From Octopus bimaculoides (Eukaryota), in contig NC_068983.1 in NCBI RefSeq assembly GCF_001194135.2, positions 90,101,844-90,165,843 on the forward strand: a stretch of 64,000 nucleotides of DNA, given 5' to 3'. Of the stretch, positions 50,800 through 63,199 are shown one piece after another. Position 1 is the first letter of the stretch. Each line of letters opens with the position of its first letter. The notes beneath the pieces are model-generated. The model saw only the letters and a program-made list of their open reading frames with translations, had not been told where the DNA came from and did no database searches. A program made the position numbers and the translations under genes.

Positions 50800-52850
50800 A
50801 TTGTTATAATGTGGAGCCTCATCCACTTGTATGTTGTCATCTGCACTTATATTCTTGTCACCACTATTATGTTGTGGCAATATTCTGTGTCTTATCTTTG
50901 ACTTGGCAATCGTGCTATTGCTGATAACTTCACAAGACAATAACTTTGAAATGTCTACCTTGACAGTAACTCAAACTCATAAATCACGTAACTGACACTG
51001 ACTCCAGCTGAAAACTCTTATGACTCTACTATTACTGACTACATTTTAAATAACTCCATGCATTCTGTGCCAAGTAGGTCTAATGATTTTTTTTCAACTT
51101 ATAAATGATTGTCCTTTTTGTTTCACCTTGAAAAGTTACATTGCAAATGCATACAATTTCTTTCCTGTAACACCATATGCTACTTTATTTGATTTAAATA
51201 ATTTTGGCTTACTGATTTGTCGCCATGTTTCTTCATTTATGATAGTGATGTCACTACCTGTATCTAATTGCATTCTGATACTAGTGGTTTCGATTCTCAC
51301 CTTGATGAATTTTCTGTTTGTTGTACAAACTTTTTTCTCTGATGACAAACTATTTATTTTTTCTTGTTTGGTCCAATTATTTGTCATCTTAGTTCTGCAG
51401 TGCTATTTAATGTGTCTTGTGTTCCCACAATGAAAACATTTCACTCTTTTGAACGGACACTCTATTCTCAGGTGCCTACCACCACATACCATACACAGGT
51501 TTATCACCCGAGATATATCGTGTTTTTTGTGAAACACTTTATCTATCTTCTGACTTTTTTGCACTGGTTTTATCTGTAAACAGTCTCTGCATTGGATTTC
51601 TTCTGTGTCATGCCTTACTTTTAATATATCACACTCTTCTGGCTGTTTCTGGAGAGTTATATCCTGGTTCATTTCCAGCTTTGCAAGAATTTTCATTCTG
51701 ACTTCTGTGTCCTTTTTAGCTGTAAGTCCCTGAGCAAAAATCAAGCACTTGAACAAGCCTGGAGTTAGTTTATCCAGTTTAAATCTCTTGTACTCTCTGT
51801 TCAATCTACCTGCATATGTGGTAAAGTCTTCATCATTTCTTTTCTCAGTGTTCAAACACTTCCATGTGTTGAAGAACAATGTTTTTTCACTAAACATCCG
51901 ACATAAAATGTCATTTGTGTTCATGAAATTTATGTCAGAAACTTTTGTAGGTAATATAAAGTTACAGTATTTCTCATGCTCTATCATCACCAGTTTCCTC
52001 AGAATTAGATGCATTTTCATTTCAACCATCCAGTCTTGACATTCGTTTTTGAAAATTTGTTCAAATCTTCGGTAATATGCCTCGAAAATGATTCCTTCTT
52101 CCAGGTCATATTTAAATTCATTTATTGAATTTGCTACAAAGTCTGGTGAAAACGTATTTTCTGGTTTACCAACTTCATTAGTTGCAGCATTTGTTGCTGT
52201 AACATTTGCTGTTTTTACAACTCACCTGCTGTTTTTACTCAAGCAAGTTTTCTATAATTTTACAGTTGTAAAATATATACAACAAAAATGTTAGTTACTC
52301 CTCTGTCACGTTTTTAATTTCTCCTCGTGAAAAAATTTTCAGTGTTGTCTGCATGAATTATTTTATTTTCTTGTGAAAAAATTTTGTTTTTTGCAACTCG
52401 ACAAAACCCTCTGACAAGTTTTCCATAATTTTACGGTTGTAAAATATATACAGCTAAAAAGGTTTGTTACTCCTCTGTCGAGTTTTTAGTTTCTCCACAT
52501 GAAAAACTTTTCAATGTGGTCCGCATGAATTGTTTATTTTCTCCCGAAAAAAATTTTTCTTTCAATGTTGTCCATGTGAATTGTTTATATCCTTGTTGCC
52601 ACTGTTGTAATGTGGATCCTCATCCACTTGTATGTTATCATCAGCTCTGTAATATTCTTGTCGCCACTATTGTGTTGTGGCAGTATTCCGCATCTCTTGT
52701 GCTATTGCTGATAGCTCCGCGAGACAATGACTTTGAAAAGTCTACCTTGAAAGTAACTTGAACTCGTATAAATCATGGAACTGACACTGACTCCAACTGA
52801 GAACTCTTACAATGACTCTACTACTACTGATCTTCTAGAATGACTGATTG
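50800..52850 (-). mobile_element. Ty3/Gypsy remnant: LTR-PBS-leader-gag-protease abutting a second LTR-PBS-leader
   Basis: Direct repeats at about 50800-51043 and 52602-52846, each containing TGG(C/T)GACAAG. Gag (NSINEFKYDLEEG, CMVCGGRHLRIEC) and protease QLDTGSD; no RT or integrase. Confidence 0.88.
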
Positions 52851-53107
52851 TCTGACTTTATAGTGGCTGTTTCATACCACTTTGTCACATGGGAAGGAGT
52901 GTACCATTTTCACTGCAACAGAAAGGTTGTAAAATTATGCAAAAATTACCTTCAAAATATGACATATGTAATAATAAAGATTGGCTGTTATCTTTGTTGT
53001 TAAGTGCCAGTTGATGGACTGATAACTGTCTGGCTCATACTAGCATTGGAAATAAGACAAAATGATAAGTTAGTAGGGTTATTATCACAGAGAAACCCAG
53101 TGCTGTG

Positions 53108-53300
53108 ATCATCATCATCATCGTTTAACATTTGCTTTCCATGCTAGCATGGGTTGGATGATTTAACTGAGGGCTGGCAAGCCAGAAGCTGCACCAGGCT
53201 CCAATCAGATCTGGCAAAGTTTCTACGGCTGGATGCCCTTCCTAATGCCAACTACTCCGAGAGTGTAGCGAGTGTTTTTTACGTGCCACCGGCATATGGG
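53108..53300 (-). mobile_element. Truncated RTE 3'UTR
   Basis: (CAT)n...CCATGCTAGCATGG...GGATGCCCTTCCTAATGCCAAC...TTTTACGTGCCACCGGCA. Confidence 0.85.
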
Positions 53301-53662
53301 CCAGTAATAAAAATAATTCATTTGATTTTTACAAATACAAATATTCTAGGTTGCACTTAAAAGCTCATGTAGCTGATTTGTAAGCATTATTATCAACAGT
53401 TTATAATCAGTGTATCACAGACACCCTCTTCTCTCTGCCTGTTTTGTTACCACTCTCAATATGGCCTATTATTTTGTCCTTCTTGACAGAGAATGCTTGT
53501 CTTATCTCCAGTCAGATAGACAGCCTGACAGCAAACTGCTAAACATAGATGATGGATAAATGGAAAGAGTATTAGGTAAATTAACAGATAGGTAATCAAC
53601 ATAAAAGTAAAGTGACTGTACATAAGGTGTGTTAGCAAAGAGTGTTTAAAGAATTTTGAGAT

Positions 53663-54940
53663 CTTTTTTAAAATTCTTCCAACTATCATCCACTTGAATT
53701 ATTTCAACTTTTTATCAAATTTCTTCAAAATTTTCCACACTGGTGTTGTTTTGCATGTTGATGATGAAAATCCCATTCATGTATCTAGAAATTAATAATT
53801 AAAAAAGTTACAAGCCTTTAAAATTATGTAATTTCTGACATAACAGGAGTCACAACTGTCTGTTTCCACAGGAATGGCGAACCAGTGTTAAGCTGGTCAA
53901 CTTACAAGATGGATACACTCAACAAGTGTTATTCTTTTTACTAGCAAATCTACCCATCTACAATGGAGGCATAAAATGAGAGAGGGAAGTCATAACAGCA
54001 GAATGTATTGAGAAATGTGTAAATCCTTGTCACCGGAATTTTAACAAAAAAAAATCAAAGGTGATTTATTAATACCAAACTCAATATCCACCAAATAATC
54101 ATACTTTTTCATATTTTTTTCGCTAATGACCTTCCTGATTACCTCTTTTGTAATCCCGAAAACATTGTGACCATTGGTCCAGCTGTTTGACTGAGAAAAG
54201 GGAACAGATAGATAGACGGACATAATCATGCCCATTATAAATAAGATTTGAGGAAAAAAATTATCTTTAATTAAATTCTTCTCACTCAAGAATGACTCAA
54301 TCTTTGTATAACATACAAAGTAATTATAGGCATGGCTACCATGTTTTTTTCTGGGGTCTGTTGGATTACACTGTTCAATGTTTTCTTAAAGACAGTATGG
54401 TAGATATAGCTGCTCTTCTTTGCAAGTTGAATGACCACATAGTTTCATTAGTAAAAGAATCAATCTAGACTAAAATTACTATGTACACCATCAATTTTTT
54501 TTTAATCACAGATCATGTTAATTAGATATTAACAAAAGCAAGGAAGGAACTCAGAGAGATCTGAGTCTACTGTAAATGATGAGTGCTACTGTGCAATTTA
54601 TCACTTGCTTGAGGCAGGCCCATGTATTTTCCTCTTGTTGAGTGTGGTTTCCATCTTGCAAGTTGACAAACTCCATGCTATAGTTCACCTTTCCAATGGA
54701 AACTCATAGTTGCAACTTCCTGTATGCTAGCAACGGAGGCTTCTGATTGATTTAAATAACATAATCTTAAATGTCTATAACTCTTTTATTATTAATTTCT
54801 TAAGAAAAATGAATGTGATTTTCATTATCAGCATGCAAAACTAAAATTTTCTATGCTGATGTAGAAAATTGGTGGGAGAAAAAAAAAACATCAAGTAAAA
54901 ATTTGAAAAAAATTCAAGTGTTTGGAAGAATTTAAAAAAG
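53663..54940. repeat. Diverged inverted repeat pair of about 170 bp around a 930-bp spacer
   Basis: 53663-53830 aligns to the reverse complement of about 54760-54940 (e.g. TTTTGCATGTTGATGATGAAAATCCCATTCAT vs ATGAATGTGATTTTCATTATCAGCATGCAAAA). Confidence 0.65.
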
Positions 54941-54977
54941 AAAAAGAAACTGAATTTTGTTTATGAGAAAAACTGGC

Positions 54978-55348
54978 CTGTCTTTGAGATATCAATGAAA
55001 CAAGATTGGATTTATTAATTCGAGTTATTCATTCCCTCTTTCTATATATTTTAAAATATTATTTTTACCATACTGCCTTTCTTAATCTTGATAGTATGAC
55101 TATAAAAGCTGTGCTCAGTTATTCCTTCTTAGCAGTATTACTAAAGAATAACACATTATCAAGAATAATCCTGGTGTGAGTCATGTTATCAAAGGATGAC
55201 CTTGTGGTAAGTTATATAATAAAAGAATAACTTTGTGGTGGATTGTGTTATCAAAGAAAAGTTGGTATAGCTGTATCATCAAGATTAAGTTGGAAAAAGG
55301 GAATGAATAACTGAATGAATACATCCAGTATTGTTTCCTGTCATTTGA
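54978..55348. repeat. Foldback element with internal short tandem repeats
   Basis: GTTATTCATTCCCT...CTTAATCTTGAT is mirrored by ATCAAGATTAAG...AGGGAATGAATAAC; an AAGAATAAC-type unit is repeated inside. Confidence 0.65.
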
Positions 55349-55369
55349 GATACATTTTCTTTTTTTTTT

Positions 55370-55557
55370 AATTCTTTTTTATTTGTTTCAGTCATTTAAC
55401 TGAGACCATGCTGGAGCACTGCCTTTAGTCGAACAAATCGACCCAGGACTTATTCTTTGTAAGCCTAGTACTTATTCTATCAGTTTCTTTTAGCCAAACC
55501 ACTAGGTTATGGGGATGTAAACACACCAACATTGGTTGTCAAGTGATGGTGAGGGGG

Positions 55558-55598
<41 letters not shown>

Positions 55599-55757
55599 AA
55601 CAACGGGCTTCTTTCAGTTTCCATCTACCAAACCCACTCACATGGCTTTGGTTGGCTCGAGGCTATAGTAGAAGACATTTGCCCAAGGTGCCACGCAGTG
55701 GGACTGAGCTTGGAACCATATGGTTGGGAAGTAAGCTTCTTACCACACAGCCACTCT
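55370..55757 (-). mobile_element. Full-length tRNA-derived SINE with internal (TG)n
   Basis: Head GAGTGGCTGTGTGGTAAGAAGCTTACTTCCCAACC...CAGTCCCACTGCGTGGCACCTTGGGC. A partial copy lies at about 57195-57482 on the same strand. Confidence 0.85.
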
Positions 55758-56099
55758 TGAATAATTGTTAAAGACAGCCTACAATTGTATTGTCACTTGA
55801 CTTTTTATGTTGATTATCTGACTCTCTGTCTGTAATTCTGTTTGTGCTTCTACCTAATGATCTATCAGTTAAATTTGATTATCTGCTTATCCATCTGATA
55901 TTTGCCTGGCTTTCTGAGGTTGCAGTAAAAGTTGACAGAGTTTATTCCTGATGTTATGTAAATAAGATTTTTCTCACCTTCATTCTAAGGATTATGTCAT
56001 GGTTGTCAACAAGAAGGAAAGAAAATATGTAGAGAACTCTACTTAATGTAAGAAAAAAAAATTTAACCATCAAGTCTATATTGCTAGGAATGAAGTGGA

Positions 56100-57010
56100 G
56101 CATTAGAAGTGTGCTAGTGTTCTACATTGTAAGGTTGAAGAGTGAAGTGCTTTCAGTTATGAAAGGAATTGTGCCTTTGTTTTAAAAGAAATGTGCCTGA
56201 AGTGATACGGGCATATTTATCCTCAGTGATAATGAATCAAAAGTAGTAGAGAAGCACTATTAGGAAGTTTGTTGAATTAAGTGTTTGACTAGAACAGGAA
56301 GAGCTTACTTGTAGTGGAAGGTAAAGAGTGAGTGGAAAATAGAAATAGAGATATTAAAGACATGAAGACTGAGGAAGCTGCAAAACTTTCAGTGGGTTTT
56401 GAATAACTGAAAGAATTATGATAGATCAGATTTTATAGAAAGCTATTGAATAGTTGGCACAGTATTACTGTCATCTTCTTCAGTTGATAATTGAGAGAGT
56501 GAAAGAGAGAGAATTAATAGTTCAGATTTAAAGATGTTAGAAAATGTGTTGGTGAAATGTTCACGGTCCTTTTGGTTAGATATGATGCAGGTTAAGTTTG
56601 CACCAGGATATGCAATCTGAAGTTTATATCTTGGTAAAGATTAAACTACTCTGTTTCATCTATAATGACCTAGAGAAGGCTTTTGATGAGGTCCCATTTA
56701 TAAATGTCAGCATTCAGAGAACTTTAGTCTTGGTGGAAACTATAGGATACATATTTAAGTAATGTAATGTTGTATAGTGGTAAAACATACAGTAAAGGTA
56801 AAAGATTTAATTTGGCATAATTCAATTATGAGCAAAGCAATTTGTGAGATTGGTTTATGTATGGAAAAAAAGAAGAAATTACGCATGTATCAGTGATGAT
56901 ATATACTTAGTGAAAAGCATCTTGGCAAAGACATATTGGGAGTAGAGTAAGGAAAACATGAAGAAATACTTAGCTCAGAGCTCTAAACATTGGGCCTTTC
57001 AGGTTAGGTG
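56100..57010 (+). mobile_element. Very decayed RTE-like LINE fragment
   Basis: DLEKAFDEVP at about 56665 in purine-rich, LINE-like sequence. Confidence 0.45.
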
Positions 57011-60000
57011 ACACAAGTTGAACCAAATAAGAAGATACTGTATAGCAGACATTCACTGCACCTTAGTGTTAAAAACAATTTAGATGATGTAGTTATAAAT
57101 ACACAAAGATATATACATAACGTAAATGAACACTACATACAAGTAAATAAGTATTTTTTATCTTTTACTTGCTGGGTCCACTACTTTGAAGAATTTTTAG
57201 TTGAACAAGTCAACCCCGGTATTTATTTTTCTGAAGCCTGGTATTCTATTAGTCTTTTTTATTGAACCACTAAGTTACGGGAACATGGATACAGCAACAG
57301 TGGTTGTCAAGTGGTGGTGGGAACAAAGACATACACATATACATATTCACCTGGCTTCTTTCAGTTTCTGTCTACCAAATCCACTCACAAGGCTGTATTA
57401 AAAGTCACTTACCCAAGGTTCCATGCTGTGGGGCTGAGCTTAGAACAATGTGACTGGGAAGCAAACTTCTTACCACACAACCATGCTGTTTATAAATATA
57501 TATTTTCGTAAATATATAGGAAGTGATATATACTATAATGTATGTATAAATGTACAAATAGGATGTGTTTTTGTATTTATTATATGCCTATGGTTTCCAG
57601 GATATCTGTTTAATTTGTGCTCATTTTCGTCAGTAATTAGTGTGTAAATATAGTGTTCTTAACCATCTTAAATTGTTATATTATTTTAGTAATCTGATTC
57701 ATTCTAATTGCCTTAACCACTAAGGCTAATCTACAGTATGTTTCCCACTTCCATCATCCACAAGTATTTTAATGCTGCTAACATCAACAATACTATTACT
57801 ACCATCTACATGACCATAACTAACATTGCTAGTGTTATAACTCTCATCACAATACTTCACCCCAAAAAACTATCGCGACAATCACTACCATCTCCACTTC
57901 TACCATCTGCTGCGCCCACTATCACCAAGTGTATTCTCACCAACTTCATTATCACTCCCACTGTCATTAAGGCCAACTACCATCAGTCTCACCACTACCA
58001 TGACCAGTTATTTGTTGTGTCTTAATAAGAACTCAGCGAACAAGTTCAACTTTACATATAAATTTCATATCTTTCCTGTTATTTTTTCTTTGGTTAACTT
58101 CTTCACTTCTAGCTAAAAACTAAACTCACACTGTCACAATCTATCAATCACTGTTTTACTCCCACACTGTCATTTTCATATAACTTTAATCTTACATGAT
58201 TTTCCAATTCTTCTGTCCATTTTATCCCACCTTACTCTGTTACTGCAGCTAGATGGCTTCTAATTCACTGTCACCCTTGTGTTATGTCTTGCAGCCAAAG
58301 TTTCTCTTTCATGCACACAAGAACACTTAATTTAACTTACCAATGCCATGCATTATGTTTGAACCATAGTAGTTTCATGTGATTAGTCTGTTAAGCAGCC
58401 AATCAGTGTCAAGCCATTGTGTGATTCAACCTTCTAGAATCTTCTTGTGCCATGTAAAACGGCTGCTTTTGGTGGCAATTGCAGAATGTTGAGGCAGCTG
58501 TCTGTTGTGACTTCATTTTCACGGCAGCCAAATGGTTAAGACAGATGACTGATAGCTGATAGAAGTTTCCTTTGCCATGAATATAGCACAAGTGTTTCCA
58601 GTTACGATGGGCTAGCCACAGATAGTTATATCAGTAATCTTGCTGTAAAACTCCAGGCAGTAGGTTTCTCCTAGTATGTAATTATTGCTGTTATTATTTA
58701 TAAAAGACCAACATGATTAAACTCTATGTGCAATAATAAAATCTATGTGCAATAATAAAATCTTCTGTTAATTGTTTGTAGTTGTTACTTCTTCATGCAG
58801 CCCAAAACATAGATTTTCATTCATCAACTCAACCTGTTATCACCTCTGATCAGCAAACAAAACTGACTCACAACAAAACTTTTGGAGAGAGTTTATAGTT
58901 CCTCACTGTAGCCTTTGATCTCTCTTTTGACATATAGGTCCTTCATAAATTCAAGACTTTGTATAAGTTTGTTGTATCTCTATATAATATAAATAAAATT
59001 AGTTATTAATGTCCAAATGTAGATTTTTCAATAATTTTATACAGTCTCCTTTAAGGATGTTTTATTCTTGGAAAGCTTAATGAAGGAACTCAAGATTAGA
59101 GCATTGGATAACATACCTTACTTTATTTATTCCAGCTCTTTATGTTCTAAGTTCAAATTCTGCTGAGATCAACTTGGCTTTTCTTCCTTTTGGGGTTGAT
59201 AAAATAAAGTACCAGTTGAGTACCGATACTTGAGTAAACCTTTCTTCTTAAAATTGCTGGCTCTGTCAGAGTGATTGGCAGAAACACTGTTGAAGTGTTT
59301 TACAGCATTTTTCTTTTTACATGCTAAGGTTGACTTCTCAATTCATCTTTTCAGGTACCAGTGAGAGGCAGGGTAAAGGATCAGTATTAGTGTTTTTTTC
59401 CTCCCAAATGTTATTGTCCTTGTGTCACAAAAACTGAAGCTTTATTTGCATGTATGTCATTCTTTGCAATAATACCTGTTAATTTTCCTCCAAGCCTTCT
59501 TTTAACAGAAGTTGAGCTGCGTTGAGTAAAAATGGATTTTAATTTCTGTCCAACTATGAAGGCATATCAAAGTGTTGGATGTCTCAGCTAAATAGCAGGC
59601 TAGATGAGATGAGTTTTCATTGAGATTGAGATAATGATTTTAGAAGTACTTTAGCATATATTGATCATGTCAAGTCTATACAGGCTGTTCTCTGTGCTCT
59701 GTTCATTCTCCAAAATATAAACTGAAATGATTTTCTACATTGTTCATCTTTACGATGACTAATCAGATGGTCTCTCCTGGAAAAACATGCTGTCAGTGAT
59801 GTAGGTCTCATTTCATCTTCAACATACAGATGTTTGGTTAGCTATGTCTTTGAGCAGTTTTCAAATTCTTCACTGGTCACTTTATCTGTAAGATAAAGAT
59901 ACCAAGTATTTTCAGAAAGTTCTCTTTAATGGACTGGTAACCTGTTCCTATCCATGAAAGAGTTTATCTTATATCTACTGAATGCCATTACATCAAACTA

Positions 60001-60169
60001 TTGTGTTTTCTCGAAACCATTTTACATTGGCTAGACAAGTTGGAAAGTCAGTGTCAAAGATTCATTAGTGAATTCAAAAGCTTTAGCAGGAAAGAAATTA
60101 GAATCCTGCTAACATCTTAGAAGTGGCTGTACTCAATATGGACAACTGGGATGTATTCAATAAAAAAAA

Positions 60170-60668
60170 GGAAATTATTTGAGAGAAAAACTGGCTGTAT
60201 GTGCAAGAGAGAAGACTGTTCTAGTTTGGTCATGTAATGCATATAAATGAAGACAGATGCATCAAGAAGTGCCAATCTCTAATTGTGGGGAGAACATGTG
60301 GAAGGGGTAAGTAAACCCAGGAAGACGTAGGACAAAGTGGTGAGAAAGGATCTTCAGACATTGGGTTTCACGGAGAGGATGACAAAGGACTGTGACTCCT
60401 GGCTGTTTGAGAAGACACATCAAGTCGAGTAAAATCGTAGTTGTCATTGCATACAGGCATGTCCCCTACATCCCTTTTCAGCTGAGTGATCCTAATCTTG
60501 TGGGCTGGTGCCACATAAACAGCACCTATACACTCTGTAAAGTGGTTGGTGTTAGGAAGGGCATCCAGCCATAGAAACCATGCCAAAACAGACATGGAAC
60601 CAAGGCAGATCTTCAGCTGTCTAACCCATGCCAGCTTGGAAAATGGATGTTAAATGACGATGATGATT
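60170..60668 (+). mobile_element. 5'-truncated RTE: ORF end plus 3'UTR and (GAT)n tail
   Basis: Decayed FGHVMH...GRGKxxPRKT ORF end followed by GGTTGGTGTTAGGAAGGGCATCCAGCC...CCATGCCAGCTTGG...GATGATGAT. Confidence 0.85.
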
Positions 60669-62003
60669 TTGCATGTAATCATGTTTGGATAAATGAATGA
60701 TAGAGATGTACTATTATTAAGGCTGTCACTCCTCTTAGGAAAAAATGCAATCTTAGCTGGATTTATGTTTGTCAATAGCTTTAGTTAATAGGACTTTTTG
60801 ATGAGGCTCAGTTTTATTGAAATATTTAGTCAGTTTTGCATTCCATCAAGTACAGGATTAGCTAAAGGCATAACTTTGTGATATTAAACACTATAAGCAA
60901 CAATTTGAGATAAAACAAAGAGAAACAGACTCACTGACTACTCAAACCATATATCCATCAGTTGCTCAGTAACTACATAACTGATTACACTACAGTGCAT
61001 CTGCCATTTCATCTTTTCACTAGATATTATAATGTATTTCTGATATTTTACAAACTTTTACATCTCTTCTATACCCACAGTTTTAGCAAATGCATATAAA
61101 GTTTAGAAGAGAAATGAAATGTTCGGAGTTTCATACCTTTCCTAAGAGGATTAGCAAAATAAACAAAATAGTTTCAGTTAAATAGACAAAAATAGTTTCA
61201 ATTAACTAACACACCTACATAATTGTGTGTGCAAATGGTTTAATTGTACTCTTGAAGAATTCTCTATAGGTTTACCTTGCTGTTTTACATACTGTAATTG
61301 TAATCGAAATCCTTAAAATAGCAAATTGAAAACCCCAGTTGTGTACTAGACTACTGAGACAGTATGCTGAATGTTGTGGTATGAACTTGAACATGCTGGT
61401 AGACTATCACTAAGATGATCACAGTAAACAAACATAATATTGAAAATGTTTGTTTCATATACCTTTGACCTTCCATTCATTTGCAATGTGACAGTATAAA
61501 AGAAATTCAGTTTATAAAGCATCAATAACATTTAACTAACTAGGGTACATTTGTATCATTTGAAAGATTTCCTTGAGATTTAAGCTTTGTTTTTAGAATG
61601 CCAGTGTGCTTTTAGTATTGCAGTATAGCTGTAAGATTTTGAAGTTGATAAAATAAGTATTATGATCAATTAATTCACTATACTGTCCTCTAGTTAATTT
61701 GTGACCTTGTGCTAAATGTGAGAAATCCTTGCTATGATAGTAGAATGGCGCAATTGGTAAAAATGTTGGACTTGCAGTATTTGTATTCCTTTACATTCCA
61801 TGTTTAAATTCCACTGATGTTGACTTTGCTTTTCATTCTTCCAGTGTTTATAAATTAAATACCAATCAAGTTTTGAGGTTAATTAATTCAACTATACTCA
61901 TCTCCTTTAAATTTGTGGTTTCTGGTGCCATTATAAGAAGTTCTTATTAAATCCAAAGGTTTGGTAATATTTTACTTGATTTCTTTCTTTTTCTTTTGCC
62001 TAG

Positions 62004-62125
62004 GTGGCTCATAGAACAACTGGTAAGGTGATGGTGTTGAAAATGAACACCTGTTCAAGCAATCGTCCAAATATGTTGAGGGAAGTACAGCTGATGAATA
62101 GACTTTCTCATCCTAACATACTCAG
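62004..62125 (+). CDS. TESK2: TESK-family kinase, second coding exon (subdomains II-IV)
   Basis: Polypyrimidine tract and TAG acceptor at 62001-62003; 122 nt reading [41 protein letters not shown]; donor AG|GTAATA. Joins exon 1 in frame and continues the TESK alignment. Too short for the ORF track. Confidence 0.93.
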
Positions 62126-63199
62126 GTAATATAGCTATCTTTTAATTTCATTTAAGTACTATCATTACTTTGCACTCACTATTCTTCTAGCTCATTTGAT
62201 AATTGAGGCAACACTAAAGGCTTCATATTCAAGTAGTGATTCAAAAAAGAATACACAAGCATAAATGATTTCCAGCTGCTACCTCTTGTCCATTGGGATG
62301 ATGAATCTTTCTAGTGCTGGGGTTGAAAATGAAATCTTTTATTTCACAGATACAGTTTAAGTTTGGTGACAGTTTGGTCAGTATGTTGGTGCATTATCAC
62401 GTCAGTCAGTCACAACTTTAATTGAATCCTTAACTGACCTTAATTTTAGTAACATTAAACTGCCTATAAAATGGCCAAAGGGGTAAGATATTTGGGTACC
62501 AATTCATATCAGTCTAAGGCATTTTCTCATTTTTTGTTATTTCATTATTTCGATATACCCAACACCATCTTAGAATAGTTATCTGAACATCTAGTTATCT
62601 GTAATAGACAAACACATTATCTTGTGGGGAAATTTTTTAATCTGCTGAAAGTTAAAACCAAGACTGGAGTTAAATACCAGTTCAATGGACCTCCTGATAT
62701 GTGAGAGGATTAATTTAAATTACTTATGTGCTTTAATTAATTCTTAATAAAACATAAAGCAGTGTAGTAAAATATTTGTAGCTGTTTTATTTATTGATGT
62801 ATTGCTTTAATGTTTGGAAATAAAACAAGTGCTCACATAAAATTGTACCTGAAAATTAATTTCATCACATATGTATTACATGTAGGTTTTGATATTAAAT
62901 GGTATATTACACTTAGTTTTGAACAAATTTAGTGAGAAAAATGTTAAATTGTAAGAAAAATGTGAGTAAATTTATTAGACTATCATAGAACTTTAATCCT
63001 TTGGGGAGGATATACAATTATACATGGTTAAGGAAATAGGTAGAAGATAAAGTGAAAGTATTATCAAGACACTCCCACATGCTATCCAAGTTGAAATCTA
63101 AATTCTGTCTGTTCCAAACTATGGAAACTTATACAGTACATACTGCTAATTTCTTTAAGGTGATGGAAAAAACCAGCCATTAGCAATAACCTTCTTCAA

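Larger units (their letters stand above)
34567..62003 (+). other. 27,437-bp GT-AG intron of the TESK gene, filled with transposon relics
   Basis: Bounded by the donor and acceptor above; no other TESK-like coding sequence recognised between them. Confidence 0.85.

Noticed and set aside
54041-54289. 82-aa minus-strand ORF that looks protein-like
   Set aside because: Non-ATG start, overlaps a repeat-like motif, no splice or homology support.
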